Below, piece after piece: positions 25,870-39,800 of a stretch of DNA of 64,000 nt. The notes beneath the pieces are model-generated. The model was not told the origin of the DNA, did no database searches, and was given only the letters and a program-made list of their open reading frames with translations. Made by a program: the position numbers and the translations under genes. The DNA lies in the NCBI GenBank assembly GCA_964016885.1, contig OZ024741.1:6262001-6326000 (forward strand), written 5' to 3'. The stretch is from Eledone cirrhosa (taxonomy: Eukaryota). Numbering within the stretch: the first letter of the stretch is position 1; every line of letters starts with the position of its first letter.

Positions 25870-28800
25870 GGTATTATGTACCTGACAGGTATAAAGGTAT
25901 TCTGTACCTGACAGGTATAAAGGTATTCTGTACCTGACAGGTATAAAGGTATTATGTACCTGACAGGTATAAAGGTATTCTGTACTTGACAGGTATAAAG
26001 GTATTATGTACCTGACAGGTATAAAGGTATTCTGTACTTGACAGGTATAAAGGTATTCTGTACCTGACAGGTATAAAGGTATGCTGTACCTGACAGGTAT
26101 AAAGGTATTCTGTTCCTGAAAGGTATAAAAATATTCTGTACCTGGCAGATGTAAAGGTATTCTGTACCTGACAGGTATAAAGGTATTCTGTACCTGACAG
26201 ATGTAAGGGTATTCTGTACCTGACAGGTATAAAGGTATGCTGTACCTGACAGATGTTAAGGTATTCTGTACCTGACAGATGTAAAGTTATTCTGTACCGG
26301 ACAGATATAAAGGTATTCTGTACCTGACAGGTATAAACGTATTCTGTACCTGACAGGTATAAAGGTATTCTGTACCTGACAGGTATAAAGATATTCTGTA
26401 CCAGACAGGTATAAAGGTATTCTGTACCGGACAGATATAAAGGTATTCTGTACCTGACAGGTATAAAGGTATTCTGTTCCTGACAGGTATAAAGGTATTC
26501 TGTACCTGACAGATGTAAAGGTATTCTGTACCTGACAGGTATAAAGGTATGTTGTACCTGACAGGTATAAAGGTATTCTGTTCCTGAAAGGTATAAAAAT
26601 ATTCTGTACCTGGCAGATGTAAAGGTATTCTGTACCTGACAGGTATAAAGGTATTCTGTTACTGACAGGTATAAAGGTATTCTGTATCTGACAGATGTAA
26701 AGGTATTCTGTACCTGACAGGTATAAAGGTATTCTGTACCTGACAGGTATAAAGGTATTCTGTTCCTGACAGGTATAAAGGTATTCTGTACCTGACAGGT
26801 ATAAAGGCATTCTGTACCTGACAGTTATAAAGGTATTCTGTTCCTCACAGATGTAAAGGTATTCTGTACCTGACAGGTATAAGGGTATTCTGTACCTGAC
26901 AGATGTAAAGATATTCTGTACCTGACAGATGTAAAGGTATTCTGTACCTGACAGATGTAAAGGTATTCTGTACCTGACAGGTATAAAGGTATTCTGTACC
27001 TGACAGGTATAAAGGTATTCTGTACCTGACAGGTATAAAGGTTTTCTGTACCTGACAAGTATAAAGATATTCTGTACCCGACAGGTATAAAGGTATTCTG
27101 TACCTGAGAGATATAAAGGTATTCTGTACCTGACAGGTATAAAGGTATTCTGTACCTGACAGGTATAAAGGTATGCTGTACCTGACAGATGTAAAGGTAT
27201 TCTGTACCTGACAGATGTAAAGGTATTCTGTACCTGACAGATGTAAAGGTATTCTGTACCTGACAGGTATAAAGGTATTCTGTACCCGACAGGTATAAAT
27301 GTATTCTGTCCCTGACAGATAAAAAGGTATTCTGTACCTGACAGATGTAAAGGTATTCTTTACCTGACAGGTATAAAGGTATTTTGTACCTGACAGATGT
27401 AAAGGCATTCTGTTCCTGACAGATGTAAAGTTATTCTGTACCTGAGAGATGTAAAGGTATTCTGTTCCTGACAGATATAAAGGTATTCTATTCCTGACAG
27501 ATGTAAAGGTATTCTGTACCTGACAGATGTAAAGGTATTCTGTACCTGACAGGTATAAAGGTATTCTGTACCTCACAGGTATAAAGGTATTCTGTAGGTG
27601 ACAGATGTAAAGGTATTCTGTACCTGACAGGTATAAAGGTATTCTGTTCCTTACAGGTATAAAGGTATTCTGTACCTGACAGATGTAAAGGTATTCTGTA
27701 CCTGACAGGTATAAAGGTATTCTGTACCTGACAGGTATAAAGGTATTCTGTACCTGACAGATATAAAAGTATTCTGTACCTGACAGGTATAAAGGTATTC
27801 TGTACATGACAGGTATAAAGGTATTCTGTTCCTGACAGATGTAAAGGTATTCTGTACCTGACAGATGTAAAGGTATTCTGTTCCTGACAGGTATAAAGGT
27901 ATTCTGTACCTGACAGGTATAAAGGTATTCTGTTCCTGACAGATGTAAAGGTATTCTGTTCCTGACAGATGTAAAGGTATTCTGTACCTGACAGGTATAA
28001 AGGTATTCTGTACCTGACAGGTATAAAGGTATTCTGTTCCTGACAGATGTAAACGTATTCTGTACCTGACAGATGTAAAGGTATTCTGTACCTGACAGGT
28101 ATAAAGGTATTCTGTACCTGACAGGTATAAAGGTATTCTGTTCAAGACAGGTATAAAGGTATTATGTTCCTGACAAGTATAAAGGTATTTTGTTTCTGAC
28201 AGGTATAAAGATATTCTGTTCCTGACAGGTATAAAGGTATTCTGTACCTGACAGGTATAAAGGCATTCTGTACCTGACAGGTATGAAGGTATTCTGTTCC
28301 TGACAGTTGTAAAGGTATTCTGTTCCTGACAGATGTAAAGGTATTCTGTACCTGACAGGTATAAGGGTATTCTGTACCTGACAGATGTAAAGGCATTCTA
28401 TACCTGACAGATGTAAAGGTATTCTGTACCTGACAGTTATAAAGGTATTCTGTACCTGACAGGTATAAAGGTATTCTGTACCTGACAGGTATAAACGTAT
28501 TCTGTACCGGACAGATATAAAGGTATTCTGTACATGACAGGTATAAAGGTATTCTGTACCTGACAGATTTAAAGGTATTCTGTACCTGATAGATGTAAAG
28601 GTATTATGTACCTGACAGGTATAAAGGTATTCTGTACCCGACAGGTATAAAGGTATTCTGTCCCTGACAGATAAAAAGGTATTCTGTAACTGACAGATGT
28701 AAAGGTATTCTTTACCTGACAGGTATAAAGGTATTTTGTACCTGACAGATGTAAAGGTATTCTGTTACTGACAGATGTAAAGTTATTCTGTACCTGAGAG

Positions 28801-29136
28801 ATGTAAAGGTATTCTGTTCCTGACAGATATAAAGGTATTCTATTCCTGACAGATGTAAAGGTATTCTGTACCTGACAGATGTAAAGGTATTCTGTACCTG
28901 ACATGTATAAAGGTATTCTGTACCAGACAGGTATAAAGGTATTCTGTACCTGACAGATATAAAAGTATTCTGTACCTGACAGGTATAAAGGTATTCTGTA
29001 CATGACAGGTATAAAGGTATTCTGTTCCTGACAGATGTAAAGGTATTCTGTACCTGACAGATGTAAAGGTATTCTGTTCCTGACAGGTATAAAGGTATTC
29101 TGTACCTGACAGGTATAAAGGTATTCTGTTCCAGAC

Positions 29137-32100
29137 AGATGTAAAGGTATTCTGTTCCTGACATATGTAAAGGTATTCTGTACCTGACAGGTATAAAGGT
29201 ATTCTGTACCTGACAGATGTAAAGGTATTCTGTACCTGACAGGTATAAAGGTATTCTGTACCTGACAGGTATAAAGGTATTCTGTTCAAGACAGGTATAA
29301 AGGTATTATGTTCCTGACAAGTATAAAGGTATTTTGTTTCTGACAGGTATAAAGATATTCTGTTCCTGACAGGTATAAAGGTATTCTGTACCTGACAGGT
29401 ATAAAGGCATTCTGTACCTGACAGGTATGAAGGTATTCTGTTCCTGACAGTTGTAAAGGTATTCTGTTTCTGACAGATGTAAAGGTATTCTGTACCTGAC
29501 AGGTATAAGGGTATTCTGTACCTGACAGATGTAAAGGCATTCTGTACCTGACAGATGTAAAGGTATTCTGTACCTGACAGGTATAAAGGTATTCTGTACC
29601 TGACAGGTATAAAGGTATTCTGTACCTGACAGGTATAAAGGTATTCTGTACCTGACAGGTATAAAGGTATTCTGTACCGGACAGATATAAAGGTATTCTC
29701 TACCTGACAGGTATAAAGGTATTCTGTACCTGACAGATGTAAATGTATTCTGTGCCTGATAGATGTAAAGGTATTACGTACCTGACAGGTGTAAAGGTAT
29801 TCTGTACTTGACAGGTATAAAGGTATTCTGTACCTGACAGGTATAAAGGTATTCTGTACCTGACAGGTATAAAGGTATTCTGTACCTGACAGGTATAAAG
29901 GTATTCTGTACCTGACAGGGATAAAGGTATTCTGTTCCTGACAGGTATAAAGGTATTCTGTACCTAACAGATGTAAAAGTATTCTGTACCTGACAGGTAT
30001 AAAGGTATGCTGTACCTGACAGGTATAAAGGTATTCTGTTCCTGAAAGGTATAAAAATATTCTGTACCTGGCAGATGTAAAGGTATTCTGTACCTGACAT
30101 GTATAAAGGTATTCTGTTCCTGACAGGTATAAAGGTATTCTGTACCTGACAGGTATAAAGGCATTCTGTACCTGACAGGTATAAAGGTATTCTGTTCCTG
30201 ACAGATGTAAAGGTATTCTGTTCCTCACAGATGTAAAGGTATTCTGTACCTGACAGGTATAAGGGTATTCTGTACCTGACAGATGTAAAGGTATTCTGTA
30301 CCTGACAGATGTAAAGGTATTCTGTAACTGACAGATGTAAAGATATTCTGTACCTGACAGATGTAAAGGTATTCTGTACCTGACAGATGTAAAGGTATTC
30401 TGTACCTGACAGGTATAAAGGTATTCTGTACCTGACAGATATAAAGGTATTCTGTACCTGACAGGTATAAAGGTATTCTGTACCTGACAGATATAAAGGT
30501 ATTCAGTTCCTGACAGGTATAAAGGTATTCTGTACCTGACAGGTATAAAGGTATTCTGTACCGGACAGATATAAAGGTATTCTGTACCTGACAGGTATAA
30601 AGGTATTCTGTACCTGACAGATGTAAAGGTATTCTGTACCTGATAGATGTAAAGGTATTATGTACCTGACAGGTATAAATGTATTCTGTACTTGACAGGT
30701 ATAAAGGTATTCTGTACCTGACAGGTATAAAGGTATTCTGTACCTGACAGGTATAAAGGTATTCTGTTCCTGACAGGTATAAAGATATTCTGTACCTGGC
30801 AGATGTAAAGGTATTCTGTACCTGACAGGTATAAAGGTATGCTGTACCTGACAGGTATAAAGGTATTCTGTTCCTGAAAGGTATAAAAATATTCTGTACC
30901 TGGCAGATGTAAAGGTATTCTGTTCCTGACATATGTAAAGGTATTCTGTACCTGACAGGTATAAAGGTATTCTGTACCTGACAGATGTAAAGGTATTCTG
31001 TACCTGACAGGTATAAAGGTATTCTGTACCTGACAGGTATAAAGGTATTCTGTTCAAGACAGGTATAAAGGTATTATGTTCCTGACAAGTATAAAGGTAT
31101 TTTGTTTCTGACAGGTATAAAGATATTCTGTTCCTGACAGGTATAAAGGTATTCTGTACCTGACAGGTATAAAGGCATTCTGTACCTGACAGGTATGAAG
31201 GTATTCTGTTCCTGACAGTTGTAAAGGTATTCTGTTTCTGACAGATGTAAAGGTATTCTGTACCTGACAGGTATAAGGGTATTCTGTACCTGACAGATGT
31301 AAAGGCATTCTGTACCTGACAGATGTAAAGGTATTCTGTACCTGACAGGTATAAAGGTATTCTGTACCTGACAGGTATAAAGGTATTCTGTACCTGACAG
31401 GTATAAAGGTATTCTGTACCTGACAGGTATAAAGGTATTCTGTACCGGACAGATATAAAGGTATTCTCTACCTGACAGGTATAAAGGTATTCTGTACCTG
31501 ACAGATGTAAATGTATTCTGTGCCTGATAGATGTAAAGGTATTACGTACCTGACAGGTGTAAAGGTATTCTGTACTTGACAGGTATAAAGGTATTCTGTA
31601 CCTGACAGGTATAAAGGTATTCTGTACCTGACAGGTATAAAGGTATTCTGTACCTGACAGGTATAAAGGTATTCTGTACCTGACAGGGATAAAGGTATTC
31701 TGTTCCTGACAGGTATAAAGGTATTCTGTACCTAACAGATGTAAAGGTATTCTGTACCTGACAGGTATAAAGGTATGCTGTACCTGACAGGTATAAAGGT
31801 ATTCTGTTCCTGAAAGGTATAAAAATATTCTGTACCTGGCAGATGTAAAGGTATTCTGTACCTGACATGTATAAAGGTATTCTGTTCCTGACAGGTATAA
31901 AGGTATTCTGTACCTGACAGGTATAAAGGCATTCTGTACCTGACAGGTATAAAGGTATTCTGTTCCTGACAGATGTAAAGGTATTCTGTTCCTCACAGAT
32001 GTAAAGGTATTCTGTACCTGACAGGTATAAGGGTATTCTGTACCTGACAGATGTAAAGGTATTCTGTACCTGACAGATGTAAAGGTATTCTGTAACTGAC

Positions 32101-32690
32101 AGATGTAAAGATATTCTGTACCTGACAGATGTAAAGGTATTCTGTACCTGACAGATGTAAAGGTATTCTGTACCTGACAGGTATAAAGGTATTCTGTACC
32201 TGACAGATATAAAGGTATTCTGTACCTGACAGGTATAAAGGTATTCTGTACCTGACAGATATAAAGGTATTCAGTTCCTGACAGGTATAAAGGTATTCTG
32301 TACCTGACAGGTATAAAGGTATTCTGTACCGGACAGATATAAAGGTATTCTGTACCTGACAGGTATAAAGGTATTCTGTACCTGACAGATGTAAAGGTAT
32401 TCTGTACCTGATAGATGTAAAGGTATTATGTACCTGACAGGTATAAATGTATTCTGTACTTGACAGGTATAAAGGTATTCTGTACCTGACAGGTATAAAG
32501 GTATTCTGTACCTGACAGGTATAAAGGTATTCTGTTCCTGACAGGTATAAAGATATTCTGTACCTGGCAGATGTAAAGGTATTCTGTACCTGACAGGTAT
32601 AAAGGTATGCTGTACCTGACAGGTATAAAGGTATTCTGTACCTGAAAGGTATAAAAATATTCTGTACCTGGCAGATGTAAAGGTATTCTG
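29137..32690. repeat. Higher-order tandem duplication, 1768 bp = 68 monomers, 2 copies
   Basis: Landmarks 29286/31054, 29774/31542, 30225/31993 and 30503/32271. Private variants (TTACGTACC, CAGGGATAAA, ATTCAGTTCC) occur once in each copy. Confidence 0.92.
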
Positions 32691-35600
32691 TACCTGACAG
32701 GTATAAAGGCATTCTGTACCTGACAGATGTAAAGGTATTCTGTACCTGACAGGTATAAAGGTATGCTGTACATGACAGATGTAAAGGTATTCTGTACCTG
32801 ACAGATGTAAAGGTATTCTGTACCTGACAGATATAAAGGTATTCTGTACCTGACAGGTATAAAGGTATTCTGTACCTGACAGGTATAAAGGTATTCTGTT
32901 CCTGACAGATGTAAAGGTATTCTGTACCTGACAGATATAAAGGTATTCTGTACCTGACAGGTATAAAGGTATTCTGTTCCTGACAGATGTAAAGGTATTC
33001 TGTACCTGACAGGTATAAACGTATTCTGTACCTGACAGGTATAAAGGTATTCTGTACCTGACAGATAAAAAGGTATTCTGTACCTGACAGGTATAAAGGT
33101 ATTCTGTTCCTGACAGATGTAAAGGTATTCTGTACCTGACAGATATAAAGGTATTCTGTACCTGACAGGTATAAAGGTATTCTGTTCCTGACAGATGTAA
33201 AGGTATTCTGTACCTGACAGGTATAAAGGTATTCTGTACCTGACAGGTATAAAGGTATTCTGTACCTGACAGGTATAAAGGTATTCTGTACCTGAGAGAT
33301 ATAAAGGTATTCTTTACCTGACAGGTATAAAGGTATTCTGTACCTGACAAGTATAAAGGTATTCTGTACCCGACAGGTATAAAGGTATTCTGTACCTGAG
33401 AGATATAAAGGTATTCTGTACCTGACAGGTATAAAGGTATTCTGTACCTGACAGGTATAAAGGTATGCTGTACCTGACAGAGATGTAAAGGTATTCTGTA
33501 CCTGACAGATGTAAAGGTATTCTGTACCTGACAGATGTAAAGGTATTCTGTACCTGACAGGTATAAAGGTATTCTGTACCCGACAGGTATAAAGGTATTC
33601 TGTCCCTGACAGATAAAAAGGTATTCTGTACCTGACAGATGTAAAGGTATTCTTTACCTGACAGGTATAAAGGTATTTTGTACCTGACAGATGTAAAGGT
33701 ATTCTGTTCCTGACAGATGTAAAGTTATTCTGTACCTGAGAGATGTAAAGGTATTCTGTTCCTGACAGATATAAAGGTATTCTGTTCCTGACAGATGTAA
33801 AAGTATTCTGTACCTGACAGATGTAAAGGTATTCTGTACCTGACAGGTATAAAGGTATTCTGTACCTGACAGGTATAAAGGTATTCTGTAGGTGACAGAT
33901 GTAAAGGTATTCTGTACCTGACAGGTATAAAGGTATTCTGTTCCTTACAGGTATAAAGGTATTCTGTACCTGACAGATGTAAAGGTATTCTGTACCTGAC
34001 AGGTATAAAGGTATTCTGTACCTGACAGGTATAAAGGTATTCTGTTCCTGACAGATGTAAAGGTATTCTGTTCCTGACAGATGTAAAGGTATTCTGTACC
34101 TGACAGGTATAAAGGTATTCTGTACCTGACAGGTATAAAGGTATTCTGTTCCTGACAGATGTAAAGGTATTCTGTACCTGACAGATGTAAAGGTATTCTG
34201 TTGCTGACAGGTATAAATTATTCTGTAACTGACAGGTATAAAGGTATTCTGTACATGACAGGTATAAAGGTATTATGTTCCTGACAAGTATAAAGGTATT
34301 TTGTTTCTGACAGGTATAAAGATATTCTGTTCCTGACAGGTATAAAGGTATTCTGTACCTGAGAGGTATAAAGGCATTCTGTTTATTGACAGGAATGAAG
34401 GTATTCTGTTCCTGACAGTTGTAAAGGTATTCTGTTTCTGACAGATGTAAAGGTATTCTGTACCTGACAGATGTAAAGGTATTCTGTACCTGACAGGTAT
34501 AAAGGTATTCTGTTCCTGACAGGTATAAAGGTATTCTGTACCTGACAGATGTAAAGGTATTCTGTACCTGACAGGTATAAAGGTATGCTGTACCTGACAG
34601 GTATAAAGGTATTCTGTTCCTGAAAGGTATAAAAATATTCTGTACCTGGCAGATGTAAAGGTATTCTGTACCTGACAGGTATAAAGGTATTCTGTTACTG
34701 ACAGGTATAAATGGATTCTGTACCTGACAGATGTAAAGGTATTCTGTACCTGACAGGTATAAAGGTATGCTGTACCTGACAGATGTAAAGGTATTCTGTA
34801 CCTGACAGGTGTAAAGGTATTCTGTACCTGACAGATATAAAGGTATTCTGTACCTGACAGGTATACAGGTATTCTGTACCTGACAGGTATAAAGGTATTC
34901 TGTTCCTGACAGATGTAAAGGTATTCTGTACCTGACAGGTATAAACGTATTCTGTACCTGACAGGTATAAAGGTATTCTGTACCTGACAGATAAAAAGGT
35001 ATTCTGTACCTGACAGGTATAAAGGTTTTCTGTACCTGACAGGTATAAAGGTATTCTGTACCTGACAGGTATAAAGGTATTCTGTACCTGAGAGATATAA
35101 AGGTATTCTGTACCTGAAAGGTATAAAGGTATTCTGTACCTGACAGGTATAAAGGTATTCTGTACCTGACAGGTATAAAGGTATTCTGTACCTGACAGGT
35201 ATAAAGGTATGCTGTACCTGACAGATGTAAAGGTATTCTGTACCTGACAGATGTAAAGGTATTCTGTACCTGACAGATGTAAAGGTATTCTGTACCTGAC
35301 AGGTATAAAGGTATTCTGTACCTGACAGATAAAAAGGTATTCTGTACCTGACAGATGTAAAGGTATTCTTTACCTGACAGGTATAAAGGTATTCTGTACC
35401 TGACAGATGTAAAGGTATTCTGTTCCTGACAGATGTAAAGTTATTCTGTACCTGAGAGATGTAAAGGTATTCTGTTCCTGACAGTTATAAAGGTATTCTG
35501 TTCCTGACAGATGTAAAGGTATTCTGTACCTGACAGATGTAAAGGTATTTTGTACCTGACAGGTATAAAGGTATTCTGTACCAGACAGGTATAAAGGTAT

Positions 35601-36899
35601 TCTGTAGCTGACAAATGTAAAGGTATTCTGTACCTGACAGGTATAAATGTATTCTGTATCTGACAGGTATAAAGGTTTTCTGTTCCTTACAGGTATAAAG
35701 GTATTCTGTACCTGACAGATGTAAAGGTATTCTGTACCTGACAGGTATAAAGGTATTCTGTACCTGACAGTTATAAAGGTATTCTGTACCTGACAGATAT
35801 ATAAGTATTCTGTACCTGACAGGTATAAAGGTATTCTGTACATGACAGGTAAAGGTTTTCTGTTCCTGACATATGTAAAGGTATTCTGTACCTGACAGAT
35901 GTAAAGGTATTCTGTTCCTGACAGGTATAAAGGTGTTCTGTACCTGACAGGTATAAAGGTATTCTGTTCCTGACAGATGTACAGGTATTCTGTTCCTGAC
36001 AGATGTAAAGGTATTCTGTACCTGACAGGTATAAAGGTATTCTGTACCTGACAGGTATAAAGGTATTCTGTTCCTGACAGATGTAAAGGTATTCTGTACC
36101 TGACAGAGGTAAAGGTATTCTGTACCTGACAGATATAAAGGTATTCTGTACCTGACAGGTATAAAGGTATTCTGTTCAAGACAGGTATAAAGGTATTATG
36201 TTCCTGACAAGTATAAAGGTATTTTGTTTCTGACAGGTATAAAGATATTCTGTTGCTGACAGGTATAAAGGTATTCTGCACCTGACAGGTATAAAGGCAT
36301 TCTTAACCTGACAGGTATGAAGGTATTCTGTTCCTGACAGTTGTGAAGGTATTCTGTTCCTGACAGATGTAAAGGTATTCTGTACCTGACAGGTATAAGG
36401 GTATTCTGTACCTGACAGATGTAAAGGCATTCTGTACCTGACAGATGTAAAGGTATTCTGTACCTGACAGATGTAAAGGTATTCTGTACCTGACAGGTAT
36501 AAGGTATTCTGTACTAGACAGATGTAAAGGTATTCTGTACCTGACAGGTATAAAGGTATTCTGTACCTGACAGATGTAAAGGTATTCTGTTCCTGACAGA
36601 TATAAAGGTATTCTGTACCTGACAGATATAAAGGTATTCTGTACCTGACAGATGTAAAGGTATTCTGTAACTGACAGATGTAAAGGTATTCTGTTCCTGA
36701 CAGATGTAAAGGTATTCTGTACCTGACAGATGTAAAGGTATTCTGTACCTGACAGGTATAAAGGTATTCTGTACCTGACAGGTATAAAGGTATTCTGTTT
36801 CTGACAGGTATAGAGATATTCTGTACCTGACAGGTATAAAGGTATTCTCTACCTGACAGGTATAAAGGTATTCTGTTCCTGACAGATGTAAAGGTATTC

Positions 36900-39800
36900 T
36901 GTACCTGACAGATGTAAAGGTATTCTGTACCTGACAGGTATAAAGGTATTCTGTACCTGACAGGTATAAAGGTATTCTGTTTCTGACAGGTATAGAGATA
37001 TTCTGTACCTGACAGGTATAAAGGTATTCTGTACCTGACAGGTATAAAGGTATTCTGTACCTGACAGGTATAAAGGTATTCTGTACCTGACAGGTATAAA
37101 GGTATGCTGTATCTGACAGATGTAAAGGTATTCTGTACCTGACAGATGTAAAGGTATTCTGTACCTGACAGAGGTAAAGGTATTCTGTACCTGACAGGTA
37201 TAAAGGTATTCTGTACCTGACAGGTATAAAGGTATTCTGTTCAAGACAGGTATAAAGGTATTATGTTCCTGACAAGTATAAAGGTATTTTGTTTCTGACA
37301 GGTATAAAGATATTCTGTTGCTGACAGGTATAAAGGTATTCTGTACCTGACAGGTATAAAGGCATTCTTAACCTGACAGGTATGAAGGTATTCTGTTCCT
37401 GACAGTTGTGAAGGTATTCTGTTCCTGACAGATGTAAAGGTATTCTGTACCTGACAGGTATAAGGGTATTCTGTACCTGACAGATGTAAAGGCATTCTGT
37501 ACCTGACAGATGTAAAGGTATTCTGTACCTGACAGATGTAAAGGTATTCTGTACCTGACAGGTATGAGGTATTCTGTACTAGACAGATGTAAAGGTATTC
37601 TGTACCTGACAGGTATAAAGGTATTCTGTACCTGACAGATGTAAAGGTATTCTGTTCCTGACAGATATAAAGGTATTCTGTACCTGACAGATATAAAGGT
37701 ATTCTGTACCTGACAGATGTAAAGGTATTCTGTAACTGACAGATGTAAAGGTATTCTGTTCCTGACAGATGTAAAGGTATTCTGTACCTGACAGATGTAA
37801 AGGTATTCTGTACCTGACAGGTATAAAGGTATTCTGTACCTGACAGGTATAAAGGTATTCTGTTTCTGACAGGTATAGAGATATTCTGTACCTGACAGGT
37901 ATAAAGGTATTCTGTACCTGACAGGTATGTAGGTATTCTGTACCTGACAGGTATAAAGGTATTCTGTACCTGACAGGTATAAAGGTATGCTGTATCTGAC
38001 AGATGTAAAGGTATTCTGTACCTGACAGATGTAAAGGTATTCTGTACCTGACAGAGGTAAAGGTATTCTGTACCTGACAGGTATAAAGGTATTCTGTACC
38101 CGACAGGTATAAAGGTATTCTGTCCCTGACAGATAAAAAGGTATTCTGTACCTGACAGATGTAAAGGTATTCTTTACCTGACAGGTATAAAGGTATTCTG
38201 TACCTGACAGATGTAAAGGTATTCTGTTCCTGACAGATGTAAAGTTATTCTGTACCTGAGAGATGTAAAGGTATTCTGTTCCTGACAGATATAAAGGTAT
38301 TCTGTTCCTGACAGTTGTAAAGGTATTCTGTACCTGACAGATGTAAAGGTATTCTGTACCTGACAGGTATAAAGGTATTCTGTACGTGGCAGGTATAAAG
38401 GTATTCTGTAGGTGACAGATGTAAAGGTAATCTGTACCTGACAGGTATAAAGGTATTCTGTTCCTTACAGGTATAAAGGTATTCTGTACCTGACAGATGT
38501 AAAGGTATTCTGTACCTGACAGGTATAAAGGTATTCTGTACCTGACAGGTATAAAGGTATTCTGTTCCTGACAGATGTAAAGGTATTCTGTTCCTGACAG
38601 ATGTAAAGGTATTCTGTACCTGACAGGTATAAAGGTATTCTGTACCTGACAGGTATAAAGGTATTCTGTTCCTGACAGATGTAAAGGTATTCTGTACCTG
38701 ACAGATGTAAAGGTATTCTGTAGCTGACAGGTATAAATTATTCTGTACCTGACAGGTATAAAGGTATTCTGTAAATGACAGGTATAAAGGTATTATGTTC
38801 CTGACAAGTATAAAGGTATTTTGTTTCTGACAGGTATAAAGATATTCTGTTCCTGACAGGTATAAAGGTATTCTGTACCTGAGAGGTATAAAGGCATTCT
38901 GTTTATTGACAGGAATGAAGGTATTCTGTTCCTGACAGTTGTAAAGGTATTCTGTTTCTGACAGATGTAAAGGTATTCTGTACCTGACAGGTATAAGGGT
39001 ATTCTGTACCTGACAGATGTAAAGGCATTCTGTACCTGACAGATGTAAAGGTATTCTGTACCTGACAGGTATAAAGGTATTCTGTTCCTGACAGGTATAA
39101 AGGTATTCTGTACCTGACAGATGTAAAGGTATTCTGTTCCTGACAGATGTAAAGTTATTCTGTACCTGAGAGATGTAAAGTTATTCTGTTCCTGACAGAT
39201 ATAAAGGTATTCTGTTCCTGACAGATGTAAAGGTATTCTGTACCTGAGAGATGTAAAGGTATTCTGTTCCTGAGAGATATAAAGGTATTCTGTTCCTGAC
39301 AGATGTAAAGGTATTTTGTACCTGACAGGTATAAAGGTATTTTGTACCTGACAGGAATAAAGGTATTCTGTACCTGACAGATGTAAAGGTATTCTGTACC
39401 TGACAGGTATAAATGTATTCTGTACCTGACAGGTATAAAGGTATTCTGTTCCTTACAGGTATAAAGGTATTCTGTACCTGACAGATGTAAAGGTATTCTG
39501 TACCTGACAGGTATAAAGGTATTCTGTACCTGACAGGTATAAAGGTATTCTGTACCTGACAGATATAAAAGTATTCTGTACCTGACAGGTATAAAGGTAT
39601 TCTGTACCTGACAGGTATAAAGGTATTCTGTACCTGACAGGTATAACGGTATTCTGTTCCTGACAGATGTAAAGGTATTCCGTTCCTGACAGATGTAAAG
39701 GTATTCTGTACCTGACAGGTATAAAGGTATTCTGTACCTGACAGGTATAAAGGTATTCTGTTCCTGACAGATGTAAAGGTATTCTGTACCTGACAGATGT

